DNA from: an uncultured Planctomycetaceae bacterium
GTDB taxonomy: Bacteria; Planctomycetota; Planctomycetia; Isosphaerales; Isosphaeraceae
Direction of reading: 5' to 3'
Length of the DNA stretch: 64,000 nucleotides
Assembly (NCBI GenBank): GCA_963833985.1
Contig: CAWIAD010000002.1
Coordinates: 2,560,001 to 2,624,000, forward strand
Shown: in pieces, positions 21,540 to 29,477 of the stretch
Layout: the number at the start of each line of letters is the position of its first letter
Position numbering within the stretch: position 1 is the first letter of the stretch
Position numbers and translations under genes: made by a program
The notes under the pieces: generated by a model
What the model saw: only the letters and a program-made list of their open reading frames with translations
Told to the model about the DNA's origin: nothing
Databases searched by the model: none

Positions 21540-23297
21540 TCATTCCACGATGTGGCCGTGGGGCAGGATGTAGCCCAGCGACAGCAGCTTGTTGACGATC
21601 CGATCAACGCAGTCGGCCACCGAAAGCGTGCTGGTGTCGAGGGTCACCTCGGGGTTGAGGGGAGGTTCGTAGGGGTCGTCCACGCCGGTGAAGCCCATGG
21701 GCTTACCCTCGGCGAGCGCGGCCCTTGCCTTCGAGTACATCCCCTTCACGTCGCGCTGCTCGCAGACCTCGATGGGCGTCTCGCAGTAGACCTCCACGAA
21801 GTTATTCCGCGACAGCTTCCGCGCCTCATCGCGGATGGCGCGGTAGGGGCTGATCACCGAGCAGAGCGTGGTGCCGCCGTGCAGCGCCACCATGCCGGCG
21901 ACGTAACCGACGCGGCGAATGTTCGTGTCCCGGTCTTCCTTGCTGAAGCCGAGGCCCTTGGAGAGGTGGGTGCGGATCTCGTCGCCGTCGAGCAGCGAGC
22001 AGTTCCGGCCGAACTCGGCCAGCCGTTCAATGAGCGCGTGAGCGATGGTGCTCTTGCCCGAGCCGGAAAGGCCCGTGAACCAGATTGTCAGGCCCTGCCG
22101 GAACCGTGGCGGGTTGGTCTCGTTGAGGATCTCGGCCACGGCCGGCCTGCTGAACCAATCGGGGAGCTGGAGCCCGCGAGCGAGGTACTTGTCTCGGACC
22201 TCGGTGCCGGAGATGTCAGCGGTTCTGACACCGGCGGGTACCTCGTCGACCGGGCTGTAGCGGTTTTCGTCGGGAAGGAAGACCATCTGCTTGAAGTCGA
22301 CCATCTCCATGCCGAGCTCGTCGGCGAACTTGGCCATCGATTCCTGCGCGGCGTAGGGAGGGTAGAACGGCTTGCCGGTGGAATCGGCTCCGGGACCGGC
22401 GTGGTCGCGGCCGACGATGAAGTGCGTGCAGCCATAATTGCGGCGGATGATGGCGTGCAGCAGGACCTCGCGGGGGCCGGCCATGCGCATCGCCAGCGGC
22501 AAGAGGCTGAGCACCACCGATCCGGGCTCATAGTAGTTGTCGACCAGGGCCCGGTAGCAGCGCACGCGGGTGTAGTGGTCGACGTCGCCGGGCTTGGTGA
22601 CGCCGACGACCGGATGGATCAGCAGGCCGCCGCCAATCTGCTCGGCCGCCCGCTTGGTCAGCTCTTCATGGGCGCGGTGCAGGGGGTTACGGGTCTGGAA
22701 CGCCACGATTCGCGACCAGCCAAGGGACTGGAAATGCGCCCGCAGCTCCGCCGGAGTGCGGCGCAGCTCGACGAAGTCGTAGTGGGGTGGGACGCGGATG
22801 ACCTCGAGCCGGCCGGCGGCCTGGTGCCCGGGATGGCGGTCAAGGTATGCCACCGCGGGATGCTTCTTATCGAGCGTGCCATAGGCATGTTCGGCTTCCC
22901 GGTTCTTATCGATGGCGTAGATTTCCTCGACGTGCAGGAACGCCAGCAGGTTGCCGAAGACGTCGCGGAGGGCCAGGGGTTTGCCCTCCTCGACACCCTT
23001 GCCGGGCGTGACGGGCAGGGTGACGGGCAGGGGCCAGAGGGTACCGTCCGCCAGCCGCATCTCGGCGACGACCCCCTCGTAATCCGCCTTGCCCATGAAA
23101 CCGTGTAGCGGCGAGAAACCGCCCACGGCGAGCAGCTCCAGGTCGCACAGTCCGCGTTCGTCAAGAGTAAGGCTGGCGTGGTCCTTGGACGTCGCCTTCA
23201 TTTCCGCGGCCCGCTCCGGGCTGACCAGTAGGTTGACCAGAGATCCACCAAACGGGGCGTTCAGCTCGGACTTTGTCTTCGCATGGGAACCGTTCAA
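21540..23297 (-). CDS. sat: Bifunctional sulfate adenylyltransferase / adenylylsulfate kinase
   Basis: AFQTRNPLHRAH, MRMAGPRE and GRDHAG (Sat), then WFTGLSGSGKST, LDGDEIR and FTGVDDPYE (CysC). Confidence 0.95.
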   Translation of the reverse strand: MNGSHAKTKSELNAPFGGSLVNLLVSPERAAEMKATSKDHASLTLDERGLCDLELLAVGGFSPLHGFMGKADYEGVVAEMRLADGTLWPLPVTLPVTPGKGVEEGKPLALRDVFGNLLAFLHVEEIYAIDKNREAEHAYGTLDKKHPAVAYLDRHPGHQAAGRLEVIRVPPHYDFVELRRTPAELRAHFQSLGWSRIVAFQTRNPLHRAHEELTKRAAEQIGGGLLIHPVVGVTKPGDVDHYTRVRCYRALVDNYYEPGSVVLSLLPLAMRMAGPREVLLHAIIRRNYGCTHFIVGRDHAGPGADSTGKPFYPPYAAQESMAKFADELGMEMVDFKQMVFLPDENRYSPVDEVPAGVRTADISGTEVRDKYLARGLQLPDWFSRPAVAEILNETNPPRFRQGLTIWFTGLSGSGKSTIAHALIERLAEFGRNCSLLDGDEIRTHLSKGLGFSKEDRDTNIRRVGYVAGMVALHGGTTLCSVISPYRAIRDEARKLSRNNFVEVYCETPIEVCEQRDVKGMYSKARAALAEGKPMGFTGVDDPYEPPLNPEVTLDTSTLSVADCVDRIVNKLLSLGYILPHGHIVE

Positions 23298-23522
23298 TCG
23301 TCTTCCTCCAGAGATCCTGCAACACTTGCCATTGATTCCAGCCGCTTCGATCCCGGCTGGCGAAGCGGGAAAGCCCTATTCTCATGACAACCAGCGGTCA
23401 TCGCCACCCGAACACCGGAACTTTTCTGATCAATGTTTTCCCGCGGCATCATGAATCGGTCCGGGGCGGGTAAGAGCAGTCGACGATGCAAGGATGCAGA
23501 GAGACGGGGGGCATCGTCCTCG

Positions 23523-23942
23523 TCAGATCGTCCATTCGTGGGGCTGGTTCTGCTCGACCAGCTCGGCAATGGTGGTGGCGTCGAGCACGCTCCGCTCCGC
23601 GGCGCGGACGCGCTGCCAGACAACCGAAAGCACCCGCGCGGCGGGCCGGGTCTCCGGCACGGCTCCCTCCGCGGATGGATCGGGACCGTCGATCACGTCC
23701 AGGATATCGCCGAGCGTGATCCGCGCCGCGGGGCGCGACAGCCGGTACCCTCCCGACGCGCCTCGGGTGCTCACCACCAGGCCGGCGGCCTTCAATTGCA
23801 GGAGGATCTGAACAAGGTAGCGCTCGGGGATGGACTGGGCCCGGGAGATCTCGCGGATCCGCAAGGGGGGCGCGTCGCGGCTACGCTCCGCCAGCTCCAG
23901 TAACGCCAGACAGGCGTATTCCGCCTTCGCCGAGATCTTCAT
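23523..23942 (-). CDS. Rrf2-family transcriptional regulator (CymR-like)
   Basis: MKISAKAEYA, YLVQILLQLK, STRGASGGY; lacks the IscR Fe-S cysteines; lies within the sulfate assimilation operon. Confidence 0.9.
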   Translation of the reverse strand: MKISAKAEYACLALLELAERSRDAPPLRIREISRAQSIPERYLVQILLQLKAAGLVVSTRGASGGYRLSRPAARITLGDILDVIDGPDPSAEGAVPETRPAARVLSVVWQRVRAAERSVLDATTIAELVEQNQPHEWTI

Positions 23943-23984
23943 CAGGTACTGGCTCTTCCGCCCTCAACTCCGGCAGGCGTCCGC

Positions 23985-24713
23985 TCAGAGCTGGCTGCTG
24001 TCCAGCGAATGGAGCCCGCATTCCGTCTTCGCCTGGCCCGCCCAGCGCCCGGCCCGCTCATCCTGGCCCTCGGCCACCGGCCGGGTGCACGGCCAGCAGC
24101 CGATCGAGGGATATCCCTGGTCGTGCAACGGGTTGTAGGGAACGCGGTTGGCCACGATGTAGGCCCACACGTCGCGACGCGTCCAGCTCAGGAGCGGGTT
24201 CACCTTCATGAGCCGGAACTTGGGGTCCCAGCCCACCACTTTCGCCTGCGCCCGATCGGTCGATTGTTCGGCCCGGATCGCCGTGATCCATGCATCATAT
24301 CCGACCAGGGCGCGGCGGAGCGGAACGATCTTGCGCTCGTAGCAGCACTGCTCGGAATTCGACACGTACAGCGGACCGCCGTGGATCCGCTCGTAATCCG
24401 CGACCGAGGTCTCCGGCCGCACCATTTCCACCTCGATGCCGTAGCGGTCGACGATCTGGTCCCGCAGCGCCAGGGTCTCGGCGAACTGATAGCCGGTATC
24501 CAGGTTGAAGACCCGGACGCGGGGCTCAACCTCCGCCAGAAGGTGAATCAGGATACAGCCTTCGGGCCCAAACGCCGTTGCCATCGTCAACCGCGGGAAG
24601 TAACGGTCGACGGCCCACTGGAGGATTTCGCTGGGCGTTGCGGAAGCCAGTTGTTCGTTGGCGTCCAGCAGCTCCTCCTCGGCCGGCATCACTTGAACCT
24701 CGGATTGGACCAT
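23985..24713 (-). CDS. cysH: APS/PAPS reductase
   Basis: LDTGYQF, CCYERK, YPSIGCWPC, ERAGRW and KTECGLH. Confidence 0.95.
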   Translation of the reverse strand: MVQSEVQVMPAEEELLDANEQLASATPSEILQWAVDRYFPRLTMATAFGPEGCILIHLLAEVEPRVRVFNLDTGYQFAETLALRDQIVDRYGIEVEMVRPETSVADYERIHGGPLYVSNSEQCCYERKIVPLRRALVGYDAWITAIRAEQSTDRAQAKVVGWDPKFRLMKVNPLLSWTRRDVWAYIVANRVPYNPLHDQGYPSIGCWPCTRPVAEGQDERAGRWAGQAKTECGLHSLDSSQL

Positions 24714-24743
24714 GTTCGCTCCTCCAGAACGGTTCAGTCGGGG

Positions 24744-24781
24744 GCAATGTTACGTTTGTTCGTAAGCAAAGTCAACATTGC
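24744..24781 (-). promoter_or_regulatory. Sigma-70-type promoter of cysH with an overlapping inverted repeat
   Basis: Minus strand reads TTGACT (24775-24770), 17 bp, TAACAT (24752-24747). The 8-bp IR GCAATGTT / AACATTGC overlaps both boxes. Confidence 0.6.
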
Positions 24782-25109
24782 GCCATTGACCGCCAGGCCG
24801 TTTGGTTTTCGGGCAGGGAACACAGAGCACCGAACTCGAAGGGGCAACTCGAAGCAACTCGAAGAACTGGCAACTCGAAGGCAACTCGAAGGGGCCGCCC
24901 ACAGTTCACAACTCGAAAGCAACACGAAGGCAACACGAAGGCGGCAACACGAAGGAACACGAAGGGGCCACCCACAGTACATCAAACGGCGAGCAGGGGC
25001 GCGAAGGGGCCACCCACGGAGGCGAGGAAGCACGAAGGGGCCACCCACCAAGCACGAAGGGGCCACGAAGGGGCCACCCACAGTTCAAGGCTCGAAGCAG
25101 GGAAGGCAC

Positions 25110-25420
25110 TAAGAGGGAGTTCGGAAACTTGGGTGGTCTGGACAGATTTTCTGAATTGAGCAGAATCTTCTCAGGGGAAGGGTAGTCATCGAACAAGGGC
25201 GGAGCCCGATCATGGAGCACGAAGGGGCCACCCACAGTCCATCCAACAGTGTGGGTGGCCCGACTGCACGGGTTTGTGGGTGGCCCGACTGCACGGGTTT
25301 GTGGGTGGCCCCAAGCATGGCCCGGGTTTCAGGGGCTCTTGAACGAGCAGATTGCGGATGAAGTCGGGCTCAACCGCCAGCAGGTCGGCGTGTGGCGGAA
25401 GCGGTGGCGAGATGCCGGAG
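25110..25420 (+). pseudogene. IS630-like remnant broken by motif clusters
   Basis: 25327-25417 encodes FQGLLNEQIADEVGLNRQQVGVWRKRWRDA, a transposase-type HTH. 25110-25214 is an AT-richer segment that begins TAAGAG and ends in an ATG, and may be the left end. Confidence 0.5.
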
Positions 25421-25711
25421 TCACGAAAGTCACGGGGGAACACGAAGGGAACACAAAGGGGCCACCCACAATTCAAGAGGCACGAAGGGGCCACCCACAG
25501 TGAAGGCGGCGTGGGGCCGTCCGTCGGAGTTCGGTGGCGGAGGTGGCGCCTGGAGGCACGAAGGAGGCACGAAGGGGCCACCCACAATTCAGAGGAGGCA
25601 CGAAGGGGCCACCCACAATTCAGAGGCACGAAGCACGAAGGGGAAGCACGAAGGGGCCGAAGCACGAAGGGGCCACCCACAATTCAAGAGGCACGAAGGG
25701 AGAGGCACGAA

Positions 25712-25958
25712 GGGGCCACCCACAGTGAGGGCGGCGTGGGGCCGTCCGTCGGAGTTCGGTGGCGGAGGTGGCGCCTGGCTTGTCGTCGTCGAGCCGCTCG
25801 GTGCTGAGCGCAGGTCGGGGAAAAAGGCAGGCCGCACGGTGCCTCACCGGATCAGAGGTTCACCAGACCGGCATCAGGTAGGCTCAGACGAGGATCCGAC
25901 GGAGCCATACTTCCACCAGCATGCCTGGCCGTAGATGCCCGGGTCCGTGGGTGGCCCC
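25712..25958. mobile_element. ~250-bp non-coding element with 12-bp terminal inverted repeats (copy 1)
   Basis: Bounded by GGGGCCACCCAC ... GTGGGTGGCCCC. Homologous to 27529-27778, and its first ~65 bp are duplicated at 25487-25553. Confidence 0.7.
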
Positions 25959-26048
25959 AATCATCGGTGGGTGGCCCCAATCATCGGGCTCCAAGGATCG
26001 TTTGTCGGGCTGACGCCCGAGGTTGGCAGTCACGAAGGGGCCACACAC

Positions 26049-27528
26049 GAATGCCGCGAAGTTAATTTTAACTAATTGTGCCATTTGATCTTGCGCCATG
26101 GGTGAGGCTCCGGGCATCCTGTGGGAAGTACCAGGACCCACAGTTGCTGGAGGGAGCCCCACCCATGCCGCCTCGCATCATCCCTATTCTCGATCGACTG
26201 CGCCAAGATATCGCCGCGGGATTGTCCCGGGAGACGATCGAAGAAGCCTGCCGCCAGGCGAAACACCGCTGGCGGAATCGCGTTCTCGACCCCGCGACGA
26301 CCATTTATCTGTTCCTTCTCCAGGTCCTTCATGGCAACACGGCCTGTCGCCACGTGGTGCACTTCGGCGCTTGGACCTTCACCGACAGCGCCTACTGCAT
26401 GGCGCGAAAGCGGCTTCCGCTGGCCGTCTTCGACTGGCTCGTGGAGCGGACCGCTGCCGCCGTGCGGACTGCTTCGGATGGCGCGCGGTGGCTCGGGCAC
26501 CGAATCTGGGTCGTCGACAGCTCCAGCTTCTCCATGCCGGACCAACCAGAACTGCAACGTCACTTCGGCCAACCCAGCGGTCAACGCAAGGGCTGTGGCT
26601 TCCCGGTGGCGAAATGGCTGGCCCTCTTCGACGTCACCACCGGCATGCTTCTGCGTTCGAGGACGGCCCCTTTGCGGACCCACGAGATGTCCCAGGTTGG
26701 CCCGATCTCCGACGGCCTGGAGCCGGGAGACATCGTGCTCGGTGACCGCGGATTTTGCTCGTATGCTCATCTGGCGATATTACTGCAACGCGGTCTGCAT
26801 GCGGTTTTCCGCGTGCACCAGCAGCAGATCGTCGATTTCACGCCGGGTCGTCCGATGGCCAGGAGGAAGGGTCCGTACCCCAGGCCGCAGGGTCTGCCGA
26901 GTTCGCGGTGGGTGTTGGCGCAGGGAACCGCAGATCAGATTGTCACATGGTTTAAATCGAAATCCCATCCGAAGTGGATGTCGACGGATGAGTTCGAGGT
27001 GCTGCCCTCCGAGATCACCGTGCGCGAGCTGAGGTACCGGGTCGAGACACCCGGGTATCGGGTGCGCGAAATCACGCTGGTCACGACTCTGTTAGACGCA
27101 TCGACCTACCCGGCGACAGAGCTGGCCGAACTCTACTACAAGAGGTGGAGAGTCGAACTCAATTTTCGTCATATAAAGATTAGCATGAAGATGGATGTTC
27201 TGCGTTGCGAGACAGTCGAAGGGGTTCTCAAAGAGCTGGCGATTTTCAGCCTGGCGTATAACCTGGTAAGATCGGTCATGCTGGAGTCGGCACGCATGCG
27301 CGGCGTTGATCCGGATCGGATCGGCTTGATCGACGCGGTGCGCTGGCTGATCGGGTCCGAAGGGGGTTCTGAGCCCGCGCGGATCGTCATCAACCCATTG
27401 CGCCGTGGACGCGTCGAGCCCCGAGTCGTAAAGCGACGACCAAAACAATACATGCGGATGACTAGGCCCAGATCCGAACTCCGCAAACAGTTGCCAATGA
27501 AGCACTTCTGACTAACTTTGTGGCATTC
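26049..27528 (+). mobile_element. Complete IS4-family insertion sequence
   Basis: IRL GAATGCCGCGAAGTTA and IRR (reverse complement) GAATGCCACAAAGTTA match at 14/16; 11-bp TSD GGGCCACACAC (26038-26048 and 27529-27539). Confidence 0.92.
26165..27511 (+). CDS. IS4-family transposase
   Basis: SAYCMARKRL, VVDSS, LGDRGF, YYKRWRVELNFRHIK (YREK signature) and EPRVVKRRPK. Confidence 0.95.
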   Translation: MPPRIIPILDRLRQDIAAGLSRETIEEACRQAKHRWRNRVLDPATTIYLFLLQVLHGNTACRHVVHFGAWTFTDSAYCMARKRLPLAVFDWLVERTAAAVRTASDGARWLGHRIWVVDSSSFSMPDQPELQRHFGQPSGQRKGCGFPVAKWLALFDVTTGMLLRSRTAPLRTHEMSQVGPISDGLEPGDIVLGDRGFCSYAHLAILLQRGLHAVFRVHQQQIVDFTPGRPMARRKGPYPRPQGLPSSRWVLAQGTADQIVTWFKSKSHPKWMSTDEFEVLPSEITVRELRYRVETPGYRVREITLVTTLLDASTYPATELAELYYKRWRVELNFRHIKISMKMDVLRCETVEGVLKELAIFSLAYNLVRSVMLESARMRGVDPDRIGLIDAVRWLIGSEGGSEPARIVINPLRRGRVEPRVVKRRPKQYMRMTRPRSELRKQLPMKHF

Positions 27529-27778
27529 GGGCCACACACAGTTCAGGGCGGCGTGAGAGCCGTCCGGTGGCGGACGTGAGCTGGGCTCGTTGTCGTCGAG
27601 CCGCTCGGTGCTGAGCGCAGGTCGGGGAGAAGAAGGCTGGCCCCACGGTGCCCCACCGGATCAGCGGAGACCAGACCGGGATCAGACAGGGGTCAGACGA
27701 GGATTGGACGAGGATCAGCTGGGACCATACTTCCACCAGCGTGGCTGGCGGTAGATGCCTGGGTCCGTGGGTGGGCCC
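27529..27778. mobile_element. ~250-bp non-coding element (copy 2, diverged; left end hit by IS4)
   Basis: Shares GTCGTCGAGCCGCTCGGTGCTGAGCGCAGGTCGGGGA, CACCGGATCAG, CCATACTTCCACCAGC and GTAGATGCC-GGGTCCGTGGGTGG with copy 1, in the same order. Confidence 0.7.
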
Positions 27779-27872
27779 GATTATCCCTCGATTATCCCAG
27801 GTAGAAGAGCATGGACGGATCGTCGAGCCGCTCGGCCAGGCTCGGACATGAAACGATCCTCGACGAGACCCC

Positions 27873-27901
27873 TTGCAAGCCGGGTCTGGATATGCCAGAA
27901 T
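27873..27901 (+). promoter_or_regulatory. Possible promoter of the TA operon (nearly leaderless transcript)
   Basis: TTGCAA, 17 bp, then CAGAAT preceded by TGn, ending 9 bp before ATG 27911; no SD. Confidence 0.35.
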
Positions 27902-27910
27902 TAGCCTAGA

Positions 27911-28315
27911 ATGGGCACCGGCGAATCCGAGGAATCAAAGCCGCTCTTCTGGATGGGCTCGAGCCGGAGTGACTTGCGAGAGTTCCCGGAGGAGGTCAGG
28001 CATTCGATGGGCTTTGCCCTCTGGCAGGCCCAGCTTGGCCGCAAGCACCGGGACGCGAAGGTCTTGAAGGGCTATCGCGGGGCGGGGGTCATCGAAGTGG
28101 TCGAGGACCACGATGGGAACACGTATCGAGCCGTCTACACGGTGAAGTTCGCCGCTGCGGTCTACGTGCTGCACGCCTTCCAGAAGAAGTCGAAGAAGGG
28201 CATCAAGACGCCCGTGGCCGAGATGAAGCTCATCCGCCAGCGGTTCAAGGCAGCAGAGGAACACCATGAGGAAAGAAGAGCGGAAGCAGAAAAGCGTGGA
28301 GCCGGTCCCCATTGA
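27911..28315 (+). CDS. Type II TA toxin, RelE/HigB-like (Gp49/DUF891 type)
   Basis: KPLFWMGSS..DLREFP, GFALWQAQLG, TYRAVYTVKF and VYVLHAFQKKSKKGIKTP. Confidence 0.9.
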   Translation: MGTGESEESKPLFWMGSSRSDLREFPEEVRHSMGFALWQAQLGRKHRDAKVLKGYRGAGVIEVVEDHDGNTYRAVYTVKFAAAVYVLHAFQKKSKKGIKTPVAEMKLIRQRFKAAEEHHEERRAEAEKRGAGPH

Positions 28316-28613
28316 GCCGTCGAGCGGGAACGTGTTCGCCGACCTCGGGCTCGACAATCCGCAAGAGCTGCTCGCCAAGGCCGAGCTGGTGCAGCGCATC
28401 GCCGAAATCATCGCCGAGCGGAAACTCACGCAAGTTCGAGCCGCGAAGCTCCTGGGAGTCGACCAACCGAAGGTGTCGGCGCTCCTGCGGGGCAAGCTCG
28501 ATGGGTTCTCCACCGACCGTCTGTTCCGGTTCTTGAACGCCCTGGGCCGTGATGTCGAGATCGTGATCCGGCCGGCGAAACCCTCACAGGAAGCGGAAAC
28601 CCGCGTGGTCTGA
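28266..28613 (+). CDS. XRE-family HTH antitoxin (HigA-like)
   Basis: SSGNVFADLG, LTQVRAAKLLGVDQPKVSAL and FSTDRLFRFL; overlaps the toxin, toxin-first order. Confidence 0.9.
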   Translation: MRKEERKQKSVEPVPIEPSSGNVFADLGLDNPQELLAKAELVQRIAEIIAERKLTQVRAAKLLGVDQPKVSALLRGKLDGFSTDRLFRFLNALGRDVEIVIRPAKPSQEAETRVV

Positions 28614-28803
28614 CCCTGGAGCCTGGCCCGAAGCAAGCCGTTTGAGGACGGGTCGCATCCCACGATCCCATCTGCCGGCATGCCTCACGACCTCCCCACA
28701 GGCAGCCCGAAGGGGCCACCCACAGTTGAGGGCGCGTGCGGCAATCCATGCCGGTGGCGACGATACAGATTCCAGAGGGTCAGGGCCTGCGGCGGGCGCG
28801 GAC

Positions 28804-29463
28804 TCACGGGGCGAGCCAGGCCGGCGTGCGCTGCTCGTGGTTGGTGATGGCAGCATCGAGCAGCAGGGTTTCGGCGATGGCATCCAGGCCGTTGATGAGG
28901 CGGTGGCGCTGGGCCTCGGGAACGTCGATGGGGTAGACGGCGTCGGCCTGGCCGGGCCGGTGCAGCGTGAGCGTCTGGGAAGGCAGATCGATGGTGGCCT
29001 CGGCGCCGCCGGGTTCCATGCCGGCCGCGGCGATCGCGCGCCATTGCGTCTCGGGAAGCTCCAGCGGGAGCAGGCCGTTGTTGTAGGCGTTGCCCTCGAA
29101 GATATCGGCGAATCCCTCGCCCTTGCCGGGTGCGATCACGGCGCGGAAGCCGGCCTGGGCGATGGCCCAGACGGCGTGCTCGCGGCTAGATCCGCAGCCG
29201 AAGTTACGGCCCGCCACAAGGATGCTCGCGTCGGCGAAGCCGTTTCGGTTCAAGGGGAAATCGGCCTCCAGGGGGCCGTGTGCATCGGGATCGTCGACGG
29301 GTGGGGAAGTTCCCGGAGCGTAGCGGCGGTCGGCGAAGAGCAGGGGGCCGTATCCGGTGCGTTCAATCCGCTTGAGATACCGGGCCGGGATGATCAGGTC
29401 GGTATTCACGTCGGTCCATTCGAGGACGGCAATCCGGCCGCGGTGCGTGACAAACGGATCCAC
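28804..29463 (-). CDS. leuD: 3-isopropylmalate dehydratase small subunit
   Basis: VNTDLIIPARYLK, NFGCGSSREHA, FADIF..N..NNGLLP. Confidence 0.95.
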   Translation of the reverse strand: MDPFVTHRGRIAVLEWTDVNTDLIIPARYLKRIERTGYGPLLFADRRYAPGTSPPVDDPDAHGPLEADFPLNRNGFADASILVAGRNFGCGSSREHAVWAIAQAGFRAVIAPGKGEGFADIFEGNAYNNGLLPLELPETQWRAIAAAGMEPGGAEATIDLPSQTLTLHRPGQADAVYPIDVPEAQRHRLINGLDAIAETLLLDAAITNHEQRTPAWLAP

Positions 29464-29477
29464 GAGTGCTTCTCCTC

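Larger units (their letters stand above)
24830..28730. repeat. Array of about 20 GGGGCCACCCAC motifs with stuttered, truncated end copies
   Basis: Exact forward copies at 24964, 25006, 25037, 25070, 25224, 25458, 25487, 25574, 25605, 25669, 25712, 28712. Exact reverse copies at 25301, 25947, 25967. Variants at 24891, 25251, 25276, 26037, 27529, 27767. Many shorter CACGAAG/CTCGAAG partials. Confidence 0.9.

Noticed and set aside
21393..23108. Long antisense ORFs (also 3835..6006, 34527..36821, 49827..51605, 61355..63334)
   Set aside because: These are shadow frames of real genes in high-GC DNA, with no protein motifs.
24578..25934. ORFs with RRGHPQ / HEGATH / MGGPFV peptide repeats
   Set aside because: These are translations of the DNA motif in all six frames; variable unit lengths do not preserve any frame.
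24830..26048. CRISPR array
   Set aside because: The repeat core is 12-20 bp, occurs in both orientations with very irregular spacing and truncated copies, and no cas genes are present.
25712..28730. Integron attC sites
   Set aside because: No RYYYAAC...GTTRRRY pair with an attC-like hairpin was evident, the units are too long, and there is no intI in the window.
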